This document shows positions 52,305 to 64,000 of a stretch of DNA of 64,000 nt, piece by piece. The notes below the pieces were generated by a model. It was not told the DNA's origin. It made no database searches and worked only from the letters and a program-made list of their open reading frames with translations. The stretch comes from Eledone cirrhosa. Its lineage: Eukaryota. Every line of letters begins with the position of its first letter. The stretch's first letter is position 1. The position numbers and the translations under genes were made by a program. Where the stretch lies: assembly GCA_964016885.1 (NCBI GenBank), contig OZ024742.1, positions 179,490,001-179,554,000 on the forward strand, written 5' to 3'.

Positions 52305-55300
52305 CAACCTAGAAATATGTATATTCTACCTAGAAATATGTACCTCCTACCTAGAAATATGTGCCTCTAACCTTGAATTATGTACCTCTTAGCTAGAAAT
52401 ATGTACCTCCTACCTAGAAATATGTACCATTTACCTTGAAATATGTACCGTCTACCTAGTAATGTGAACCATCTATCTAGTAATATGTACCATCTACCTA
52501 GAAATATGTACCTTCTAACTAGAAATATGTACCTACTACCTAGAAATATGTACAATCTACCTTGAAATATGTACCATCTACCTTGAAATATGTACCTCCT
52601 ACCTTGAAATATGTATCTTCTACCTGTAAATATGTACCATCTACCTTGAAATATGTACCATCTACCTAGAAATATGTACCTCCTACCTATAAATATGTAC
52701 CTCCTACCTAGAAATATGATCGAGCTACCATGAAATATGTACCTCCGACCTAGAAATATGTGCCTCTTACCTAGAAATATGTACATTCAACCTAGAAATA
52801 TGTACCTGCTACCTAGAAATATGTACCCACTACCGAGAAATATGTACCAACCACCTAGAAATATGTACCTCCTACCTAGTAAATATGTACCATCTACCTA
52901 GAAATATGTACGCCCTACCTAGAAATATGTACCTCCTACCTACAAATATGTACCTCACTAACTAGAAATATGTACATCTTACCTAGAAATATGTACCTCC
53001 TACCTAGAAATAAGTACCTACTACGTAGAAATATGTACCTCCTACCTAGAAAAATGTACCTTCTACCTAGAAATATGTAACCACTACCTAGAAATATGTA
53101 CCTGCTACCTAGAAATATGAACCAGCTATCTTGAAATATGTACCTTCTACCTATAAATAAGTACCATCTACCTTGAAATATGTACCTCCTACCTAGAAAT
53201 ATGTATCTTCTACCTGTAAATATGTACCATCTACCTTGAAATATGTACCATCTACCTAGAAATATGTACCTCCTACCTAGAAATATGTACCTCCTACTTA
53301 GAAATATGATCGAGTTACCATGAAATATGTACCTCCAACCTAGAAATATGTGCCTCTTACCTAGAAATATGTACATTCTCCCTAGAAATATGTACCTGCT
53401 ACCTAGAAATATGTACCCACTACCGAGAAATATGTACCATCCACCTAGAAATATGTACCTCCTACCTAGTAAATATGTACCAGCTACCTAGAAATATGTA
53501 CGCCCTACCTAGAAATATGTACCTCCTACCTACAAATATGTACCTCACTAACTAGAAATATGTACCTCTTACCTAGAAATATGTACCTCCTACCTAGAAA
53601 TAAGTACCTACTACCTAGAAATATGTACCTCCTACCTAGAAAAATGTACCATCTACCTAGAAATATGTAACCACTACCTAGAAATATGTACCTACTACCT
53701 AGAAATATGAACCAGCTATCTTGAAATATGTACCTTCTACCTATAAATAAGTACCTTCTACCTAGAAATATGTACCTACTACCTAGAAATATGTACCTAC
53801 TACCTAGAAATAAGTACCAGCTACCTTGAAATATGTTCCTTCAACCTAGAAATATGTACCTAGTACTTAGAAATATGTACCTACTACCTAGAAATATGTA
53901 CCATCTACCTAGAAATAAGTACCTCCTACTTAGAAATATGTACCCACTACCTAAAAATATGTACATAATACCTAGAAATAAGTACCTCCTACCTAGAAAT
54001 ATGTACCTTCTACCTAGAAATAAGTACCAGCTACCTTGAAATATGTACCATCTACCTAGAAATATGTACCTCCTATATAGAAATATGTACCACCTACCTA
54101 GAAATAAGTTCCAGCTACCTTGAAATATGTTTCTCCTACCTAGAAATATGTACCATCTACCTAGAAATATGTACCAGCTACCTTGAAATATGTTCCTTCT
54201 ACCTAGAAATGTGTACCGTCTACCTAGAAATATGTACCTACTACCTAGAAATATGTACCTCCTACCTAGAAATATGTACCAGCTACCGTGAAATATGTAC
54301 TTTCTACCTAGAAATATGTACCATCTACCTAGAAATATGTACCTCCGACCTAGAAATATGTAACCACTACCTAGAAATAAGTACCTACTACCTAGAAATA
54401 TGTACCTCCTACCTTGAAATATGATCCTTCTACCTAGAAATATGTACCTACTACCTAGAAATATGTACCATCTACCTAGAAATATGTACCTACTACCTTG
54501 AAATATGTACCTACTACCTAGAAATATGTACCATCTACCTAGAAATATGTACCATCTACCTAGAAATATGTGCCCCCTACCTAGAAATAAGTACCTACTA
54601 TCTAGAAATATGTACCTCCTACCTAGAAATATGTACCTCCTACCTAGAAATATGTACCTTCTACCTAGAAATATGTTCCATCCACCTAGAAATATGTACC
54701 TCCTACCTAGAAATATGTATCTTCTACCTGTAAATATGTACCATCTACCTTGAAATATGTACCATCTACCTAGAAATATGTACCTCCTACCTAGAAATAT
54801 GTACCTCCTACTTAGAAATATGATCGAGTTACCATGAAATATGTACCTCCTACCTAGAAATATGTGCCTCTTACCTAGAAATATGTACATTCTCCCTAGA
54901 AATATGTACCTGCTACCTAGAAATATGTACCCACTACCGAGAAATATGTACCATCCACCTAGAAATATGTACCTCCTACCTAGTAAATATGTACCAGCTA
55001 CCTAGAAATATGTACGCCCTACCTAGAAATATGTACCTCCTACCTACAAATATGTACCTCACTAACTAGAAATATGTACCTCTTACCTAGAAATATGAAC
55101 CTCCTACCTAGAAATAAGTACCTACTACCTAGAAATATGTACCTCCTACCTAGAAAAATGTACCTTCTACCTAGAAATATGTAACCACTACCTAGAAATA
55201 TGTACCTGCTACCTAGAAATATGAACCAGCTATCTTGAAATATGTACCTTCTACCTATAAATAAGTACCTTCTACCTAGAAATATGTACCTACTACCTAG

Positions 55301-58300
55301 AAATATGTACCTACTACCTAGAAATAAGTACCAGCTACCTTGAAATATGTTCCTTCAACCTAGAAATATGTACCTAGTACTTAGAAATATGTACCTACTA
55401 CCTAGAAATATGTACCATCTACCTAGAAATAAGTACCTCCTACTTAGAAATATGTACCCACTACCTAAAAATATGTACATAATACCTAGAAATGAGTACC
55501 TCCTACCTAGAAATATGTACCTTCTACCTAGAAATAAGTACCAGCTACCTTGAAATATGTACCATCTACCTAGAAATATGTACCTCCTATATAGAAATAT
55601 GTACCACCTACCTAGAAATAAGTTCCAGCTACCTTGAAATATGTTTCTCCTACCTAGAAATATGTACCATCTACCTAGAAATATGTACCTCCTACCTAGA
55701 AATATGTACCATCTACCTAGATATATGTACCTACTACCTACAAATATGTACCTCCTACCTAGAAATATGTACCAGCTACCTTGAAATATGTTCCTTCTAC
55801 CTAGAAATGTGTACCGTCTACCTAGAAATATGCACCTACTACCTAGAAATATGTACCTCCTACCTAGAAATATGTACCAGCTACCGTGAAATATGTACTT
55901 TCTACCTAGAAATATGTACCATCTACCTAGAAATATGTACCTCCTACCTTGAAATATGTAACCACTACCTAGAAATATGTACCTACTACCTAGAAATATG
56001 TACCTCCTACCTTGAAATATGATCCTTCTACCTAGAAATATGTACCTACTACCTAGAAATATGTACCATCTACCTAGAAATATGTACCTACTACCTTGAA
56101 ATATGTACCTACTACCTAGAAATATGTACCATCTACCTAGAAATATGTACCATCTACCTAGAAATATGTGCCCCCTACCTAGAAATAAGTACCTACTACC
56201 TAGAAATATGTACCTCCTACCTAGAAATATGTACCTCCTACCTAGAAATATGTACCTTCTACCTAGAAATATGTTCCATCCACCTAGAAATATGTACCTC
56301 CTACCTAGAAATATGTACCATCTACCTAGAAATATGTACCATCCACCTAGGAATATGTACCTCCTACCTAGAAATATGTACCATCTACCTAGAAATAAGT
56401 ACCTCCTACTTAGAAATATGTACCCACTACCTAAAAATATGTACATAATACCTAGAAATAAGTACCTCCTACCTAGAAATATGTACTATCTACCTAGAAA
56501 TAAGTACCAGCTACCTTGAAATATGTACCATCTACCTAGAAATATGTACCTCCTATATAGAAATATGTACCACCTACCTAGAAATAAGTTCCAGCTACCT
56601 TGAAATATGTTTCTCCTACCTAGAAATATGTACCATCTACCTAGAAATATGTATCTCCTACCTAGAAATATGTACCATCTACCTAGAAATATGTACCATC
56701 TACCTAGATATATGTACCTACTACCTAAAAATATGTACCTCCTACCTAGAAATATGTACCAGCTACCTTGAAATATGTTCCTTCTACCTATAAATGTGTA
56801 CCGTCTACCTAGAAATATGTACCTACTACCTAGAAATATGTACCTCCTACCTAGAAATATGTACCAGCTACCGTGAAATCTCTACTTTCTACCTAGAAAT
56901 ATGTACCATCTACCTAGAAATATGTACCTCCTACCTAGAAATATGTAACCACTACCTAGAAATATGTACCTACTACCTAGAAATATGTACCTCCTACCTT
57001 GAAATATGATCCTTCTACCTAGAAATATGTACCTACTACATAGAAATATGTACCATCTACCTAGAAATATGTACCTACTACCTTGAAATATGTACCTACT
57101 ACCTAGAAATATGTACCATCTACCTAGAAATATGTACCATCTACCTAGAAATATGTGCCCCTACCTAGAAATAAGTACCTACTACCTAGAAATATGTACC
57201 ATCTACCTAGAAATATATACCTACTACCTTGAAATATGTACCTACTACCTAGAAATATGTACCATCGTACCATCCACCTAGGAATATGTACCTCCTACCT
57301 AGAAATATGTACCATCTACCTAGAAATAAGTACCTCCTACTTAGAAATATATACCCACTACCTAAAAATATGTACATAATACCTAGAAATAAGTACCTCC
57401 TACCTAGAAATATGTACCTTCTACCTAGAAATAAGTACCAGCTACCTTGAAATATGTACCATCTACCTAGAAATATGTACCTCCTATATAGAAATATGTA
57501 CCACCTACCTAGAAATAAGTTCCTGCTACCTTGAAATATGTTTCTCCTACCTAGAAATATGTACCATCTACCTAGAAATATGTACCATCTACCTAGAAAT
57601 ATGTACCTCCTACCTAGAAATATGTACCATCTACCTAGAAATATGTACCATCTACCTAGATATATGTACCTACTACCTACAAATATGTACCTCCTACCTA
57701 GAAATATGTACCAGCTACCTTGAAATATGTTCCTTCTACCTAGAAATGTGTACCGTCTACCTAGAAATATGTACCTACTACCTAGAAATATGTACCTCCT
57801 ACCTAGGAATATGTACCAGCTACCGTGAAATATGTACTTTCTACCTAGAAATATGTACCATCTACCTAGAAATATGTACCTCCTACCTAGAAATATGTAA
57901 CCACTACCTAGAAATATGTACCTACTACCTAGAAATATGTACCTCCTACCTTGAAATATGATCCTTCTACCTAGAAATATGTACCTACTACCTAGAAATA
58001 TGTACCATCTACCTAGAAATATGTACCTACTACCTTGAAAAATTTACCTACTACCTTGAAATATGTACCTACTACCTAGAAATATGTACCATCTACCTAG
58101 AAATATGTACCATCTACCTAGAAATATGTGCCCCCTACCTAGAAATAAGTACCTACTACCTAGAAATATGTACCTCCTACCTAGAAATATGTACCTCCTA
58201 CCTAGAAATATGTACCTTCTACCTAGAAATATGTACCATCCACCTAGAAATATGTACCTCCTACCTAGAAATATGTACCATCTACCTAGAAATATGTACC

Positions 58301-59860
58301 ATCCACCTAGGAATATCTACCTCCTACCTAGAAATATGTACCTCCTACCTAGAAATATGTACCTTCTACCTAGAAATATGTAACATCCACCTAGAAATAT
58401 GTACCTCCTACCTAGAAATATGTACCTAGTACTTAGAAATATGTACCATCTACCTAGAAATAAGTACCTCCTACTTAGAAATATGTACCCACTACCTAGA
58501 AATATGTACCCACTACCTAGAAATATGTGCCATCTACCTAGAAATATGTACCTCCTACCTAGAAATATGTACCTTCTACCTAGAAATATGTACCTAGTAC
58601 TTAGAAATATGTACCTCCTACCTAGAAATATGTACCTCCTACCTAGAAATATGTACCATCTACCTAGAATTATGTATCATCTACCTAGAAATATGTACCA
58701 TCCACCTAGAAATATGTACCTCCTACCTAGAAATATGTACCTAGTACTTAGAAATATATACCATCTACCTAGAAATAAGTACCTCCTACTTAGAAATATG
58801 TACCCACTACCTAGAAATATGTACCTTCTACCTAGAAATATGTACCATCTACCTAGAAATATGTACCATCCACCTAGGAATATGTACCTCCTACCTAGAA
58901 ATATGTACCTCCTACCTAGAAATATGTACCTTCTACCTAGAAATATGTACCATCCACCTAGAAATATGTACTTCCCTCCTAGAAATATGTACCTAGTACT
59001 TAGAAATATGTACCTCCTACCTAGAAATATGTACCTCCTACCTAGAAATATGTACCATCTACCTAGAATTATGTATCATCTACCTAGAAATATGTACCAT
59101 CCACCTAGAAATATGTACCTCCTACCTAGAAATATGTACCTAGTACTTAGAAATATATACCATCTACCTAGAAATAAGTACCTCCTACTTAGAAATATGT
59201 ACCCACTACCTAGAAATATGTACCTTCTACCTAGAAATATGTACCATCTACCTAGAAATATGTACCATCCACCTAGGAATATGTACCTCCTACCTAGAAA
59301 TATGTACCTCCTACCTAGAAATATGTACCTTCTACCTAGAAATATGTACCATCCACCTAGAAATATGTACTTCCCTCCTAGAAATATGTACCTAGTACTT
59401 AGAAATATGTACCATCTACCTAGAAATAAGTACCTCCTCCTACTTAGAAATATGTACCCACTACCTAGAAATATGTACCTCCTACCTAGAAATATGTACC
59501 ATCTACCTAGAAATATGTACCATCCACCTAGGAATATGTACCTCCTACCTAGAAATATGTGCCTCCTATCTAGAAATATGTACCATCCACCTAGAAATAT
59601 GTACCTCCTACCTAGAAATATGTACCTAGTACTTAGAAATATGTACCATCTATCTAGAAATAAGTACCTCCTACTTAGAAATATGTACCCACTACCTAGA
59701 AATATGTACCCACTACCTAGAAATATGTGCCATCTACCTAGAAATATGTACCTCCTACCTAGAAATATGTACCTCCTACCTAGAAATATGTACCTTCTAC
59801 CTAGAATTATGTATCATCCACCTAGAAATATGTACCTTCTACCTAGAAATATGTGCCTTC
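52305..59860. repeat. 7.5-kb 21-bp satellite array (~360 units) with higher-order repeats
   Basis: Unit ctacctagaaatatgtacNNN. Diagnostic variants recur at periods of 590, 1514, ~950-990 and 399 bp. Confidence 0.98.
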
Positions 59861-60554
59861 CATCTTTTACTGTTTTTGCAGTTTGTTTGTTTTTTGTTGT
59901 TGGTTTTATTGTTCATCTTGTTTTAGCTATTTATTGTTTTTGTTTTGATTTTTTTGTTGTTGATGTTGTCATTGCTGTTGCTCATGTTGCCGTTGTTGTT
60001 TCTCAAGTTGTTGATCTTATTGCTGTTACTGCTCTAGTTCATGTTGCTACTGTTGCTGTCGTTATTGTTTGTTTGTTTTTGCTGTTGTTATTCAAACCTT
60101 AATGTTTTGCAAGCAAGAAAACATAGGTATTAAAAAAATATTTATCAATTTACTCATAATATGTCCGGTTTCTTTACCATGTGTCCGGTTTCCTTAGCAG
60201 ATATCTGGTTGAACTGTTTTATCTTTTACAAACATTTTTCATTCGAAATCTACTTATGTATGCTAATCTCACACACATATGTATGTATGTATGTGTGTAT
60301 GTATGTATGTATCAATGTATGTATGTATATTCTTCCGGTTTTATAATTTCTCAAATTTTTGCCAGTAGAGAGAGAGTCGATTTCTAACATAGACACAAGA
60401 CTCTCTCATTGGAATTTACACAACATCAACCAGGTAAATATGTCTGCATGTCTGCATGCATATGTAGACATGGATGTTATTGTATGTGTAGATGTGTATG
60501 TTTTGAGTTGTATGCGTGCATGTGTATATGCTTTGTATCTGTAAATGTGTATAT

Positions 60555-61290
60555 GCAGTTATTAGATGCAACATTTCTGGAATGTTTTACATATTTTTAC
60601 TATTCCATTAATGGATTGTACTTGTAATTTCCTAACTACTTGTGTTCTTTCTGTTCCTGTGAAACCCAGCTTCTCAAGATTTGTATTGAGGCAGTTACTA
60701 ACATATCCCAGTGTCCCAATAATCACAGGCCTAAATCTGAAGGTATAATCAGGGTGGAGTATCTGCAGATTTCTCATCAGTTCTGCATAAATATTCTCCT
60801 TTTCGCTAATATTTGATATTATATTGGCATCTGCTGGGCAGCTAAATTCCCCTACTGTGCATGCCTTCTTTCCCATATCATAATATCTGGGCTGTTATGC
60901 CTGCATTTTATTGGGGTTTTTACTGGAATATTCCACCAGTTCTCTTTCATATTATGTATATGTATGTTTTCCACATTGCTATCTTTTCTACGGATTGCAT
61001 TGTACATTTTCTACGGATTGCATTCTACGGATTGCATTGTGTTTTGGCCACTACATCATGCCTCATAGGTAGATAGTATCATGATAACATCTTTGACAGC
61101 TGCTTATAACATGGGTGACATCTTCAATGTTAATTCTGCAGAGTCTGCACTTGTTATCACATCTAGGTGTTTAGCCTGCATCCCTATCTCTTTTGTGAAT
61201 CAGGTATTTCATGTTGATATCCTGTTCTTGGATTGCAAAAGCGTATCCTTCAAAGTGGGAGTCAATATAGCGGTTATTGGTCCAAGATAG
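60555..61290 (-). mobile_element. R4/Dong-like non-LTR retrotransposon 3' end (CCHC + restriction-like endonuclease)
   Basis: EGYAFAIQEQDI, CRLC..IEDVTHVISSC, RHDVVAK, HNSPDII, EFSCPADAN..EKENIY.EL and PVIIGTLG. It is flanked by (TATG)n-like tracts. Confidence 0.85.
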
Positions 61291-61329
61291 TATGCATGTA
61301 TGTATGTATGCATGTATGTATGAATGTCA

Positions 61330-62160
61330 GGTCACCAGTTGGTGCTACAGGTAACATGTATCCCAGTACAACCTGTCCCATAGTCGGGTCGTGGGCGACT
61401 AAACTGGCAACCCCACCAAGGTTTCAAGGTGGGGAGGGTGACTTTGGACATCCTGCAGGACTAAAAACAAAACCTGTCAAAGGGCAAAGGAGTTCTTAAG
61501 AGTCAATGGCCATCCAAAATCACCGGGAGAGATGACCCCTTAACCTTTGTCAAGGCAGAATTCTAGGAGAAGGAAAACTCTGATATAACACCTGCAACCC
61601 TGATGGTATCCAATGATGTTGACTTGTTCTTCTTTTTGGTAAATATCATCTTGGTTAAGAGAGTGGGACTGGCTTTGTGCAGTGCCTTTGTTCACTATAA
61701 AAGCTTCACGGCACAGGCATTGCTTTATATCTGGAGATCTCTCTGCACTTGTCATCACATGGTACCATGGGCCCAGCACTATATGTCAATAATTGTCACA
61801 AGTGTAGTGTTTGTACCAGAGTTTTCAAGTCGCTGGCTGGACTAAAAAGTCACACTCGTTCAGCGCATCGGTAGGGGTTTTCCTACATGAATATAAAGTA
61901 GTGGCCGTACTCGAAAACGAGTTGGCAGCCACCATTTATGAATGTATATTTGTATCTGGAGATCTCTCTGCACTTGTCGTCACATGGTACCATGGGCCCA
62001 GCACTATGTCAATAATTGTCACAAGTGTAGTGTTTGTACAAGAATGTTCAAGTCGTTGGTTGGACTAAAAAGTCACACTCGTTCAGCGCATCAGTAGGGC
62101 TTCTCCTACATGGATATAAAGTAGTGGCCGTACTCGAAAACGAGTTGGCAGCCACCATGT
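61330..62160 (+). mobile_element. RTE-type 5' UTR-like sequence with a ~225-bp tandem duplication (61729-61940 / 61954-62160)
   Basis: ttctaggagaagg motif shared with ~39040, homology to 17745-17930, and a direct tandem copy. Confidence 0.6.
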
Positions 62161-62175
62161 ATGTACGTATGTATA

Positions 62176-62805
62176 CAAAAAAGAGGTATAAGGATTCGTT
62201 GAAAGCCTCCTTGAAAGACGTTAACATCTCTGTTGAGACATGGGTAAGCCTAGCTGCTGATCGTAATAAATGGAGAAAGACTCCGCATGAGGGTAAAGGT
62301 ACTTTTGAAACATCTCAAATCGCATACGAAAAAGTAAAAAGGGATGTGAGGAAAGACATTGCTGTTGCATTTCCAGACAACGAAGGTACTCCTATGGCAC
62401 TGACATGCTTAGCAGTCATAAAGTGAGACCAGTGGTTGACTACCAGGCTGCTGTCGAAGATGTTGCTCATCATACCTGTCAAGCATGTGGAAGAGAGTGT
62501 AGATCAGCAGGAGGGCTCAAACGACATGCGAAAGTACATGAAATCCAAACACAGCCGGCTGTTGCCAGTGAATGTTTTGGTTGCCAACTCTGTGAAAGAC
62601 ACTTTAGATTATTGGCTGGGAAAAGAGGGAGAAATAGGGGTATAGATAAGATGAGGGGTTAAATGTTATCTTTATCCTTTTACAATTGCATGTTATTAGT
62701 CTTCGAAGGATCTTATTTATAAGCGATATCATTGAAATACCTTAATCGAAGATTTGGTAGATTATTGGCTGGGCTAAAAAGCCACATTCGATCACAACAC
62801 CATTA
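62176..62805 (+). mobile_element. RTE LINE 3' end (paralog of 42322-42907), ending ...GLKSHIRSQH
   Basis: Near-identical zinc-finger region, sharing the same insertion in the last finger. Confidence 0.9.
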
Positions 62806-62815
62806 ATTGTTAATA

Positions 62816-62854
<39 letters not shown>

Positions 62855-62858
<4 letters not shown>

Positions 62859-64000
62859 AGATCAAAAGATGGTTAAAGGAGTTCCATATATTTTATTATG
62901 CGCATTTCAAAAACAAACATCATCAAGCAATAATATTTGTGTTTTCATCAGATAAAACAGGAGAACATGATATGAAGGCTAAAAAAACACTTGTTGATAG
63001 TGCAGTTTTAAATCAACATATGAAAAGTGGTTTTAGATTGATGTGTGATATTGGGAAAAATATTTTATTTAGAGAGGGGGGGGGGGAGGATGAAAAGGGA
63101 AGGAGATGAGAGGGAGAGATGGGTGATAGAGAGAAAGAGATAGTTTTTATAACTGAGAGGAGATATATTTTTTACATAGAGGGGTTGAAAACCGTTGGAA
63201 GATACTGTATAAATTAAAATTTTGAAAATTAACGAAGGGAGGATATGTGCGAGGAAAAAATATTTTATTTAGGGAGGGGCGGGTGGAAAGGATGAAAAAA
63301 AGGGGGGAGGAGATGAGAGTGAAGGTGGAGAGGGAGAGATGGGTGATAGAGAGAAAGAGATAGTTTTTATAACTGAGAAAAAGATATATTGTTTTAATAT
63401 AGAGAGGTTGGGAACCGTTGGAAGATAATGTATAAATTAAAGGAATTTGAAAATTAACGAAGGGAAATTATGTATGAAGATAGAGAGAAAAAATAATAAT
63501 TGTGGGTGAATATTCTAACGTCAAAAGAAGAAATGTATGTATTGTGGCAAATTTCAAAATTAGCGAAGAGAAAAATTAAGGTTTGTGTGTAGAAGGATTT
63601 GAGAAAAATAATGTGAAGTTAAAGTTTGTATATTGAATTGATATGTATTAATAATGAGTTCGTTGATGGGGAGAAAAAAAAAAATAATAATAATAAATTA
63701 AGGATGAAATTGAGATTAAAAAGATTTATGATAGAGAGAAAAAATAATAATGATTGCGGATGAATATTCAAAATGTCAAAAACAAATGTTATTATTTTAC
63801 GAGAAGATAGAATGAGGGTAATGAGTAAACGAGTATTATAGAGTGTATAATGCCCTTTAAAGTAAGGTAGATGGGTATATTTTAAAGAGGTGTATGTATA
63901 TGTGCCTTTGAGAAAAGATTCTAAATTGATAAAGAATTGAATATTAACTGTATACTTTGTGAAAAGTTCTATGGAATTTATGCAGGCAGATAGAAGACAA
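62855..64000 (-). mobile_element. Probable Penelope-like 3'/pseudo-LTR region with a ~220-bp tandem duplication
   Basis: The minus strand ttgatgat..tgaaatgcgcata (62897-62927) resembles a minimal hammerhead. It adjoins (TA)n and has a purine-rich duplicated block (63117 / 63337). Confidence 0.45.

Noticed and set aside
52305-59860. CRISPR-like appearance (constant repeat plus variable insert)
   Set aside because: The variable part is only ~3 nt and recurrent, there are no unique spacers or cas genes, and the context is eukaryotic.
58399-60102. 567-aa ORF of MYLLPRN heptads, and similar ORFs at 37078, 53841 and 55355
   Set aside because: A 21-bp unit is 7 codons, so it stays open in several frames on both strands. 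The array has scattered stops and frameshifts. It is best explained as satellite DNA, with no evidence of coding selection.

Overview
Repeat-dominated animal genomic DNA. The SINE families and the (TA)n/(CA)n/(TATG)n microsatellite style suggest an octopus or other cephalopod (inference). One intact host gene was found: a 5-exon, probably secreted serine beta-lactamase/PBP-fold protein on the + strand (23384-32702, 522 aa when spliced). It has intact SxxK, YxN and HTG motifs and a DUF3471-like C-terminus. A second copy of exon 1 alone (47127-47479) lies in a decayed tandem segmental duplication (about 23.3-42.9 kb versus 47.1-62.8 kb). Each unit carries a ~0.55-kb head, a ~2.8-3 kb polypurine tract, a 21-bp satellite (0.9 kb versus 7.5 kb, the larger with higher-order repeats), an R4-like RLE-LINE fragment and RTE sequence. 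The rest is decayed mobile DNA: three Penelope-like elements (two Naiad-type, one Poseidon-type), two Gypsy remnants, a near full-length RTE LINE, Helitrons, a Tc1 remnant, MITEs and many tRNA-derived SINEs. Perfect or near-perfect fold-back palindromes are unusually dense, and most appear to be linked to Penelope pseudo-LTRs and (TA)n tracts. Most ORFs in the supplied track are artefacts of low-complexity sequence.
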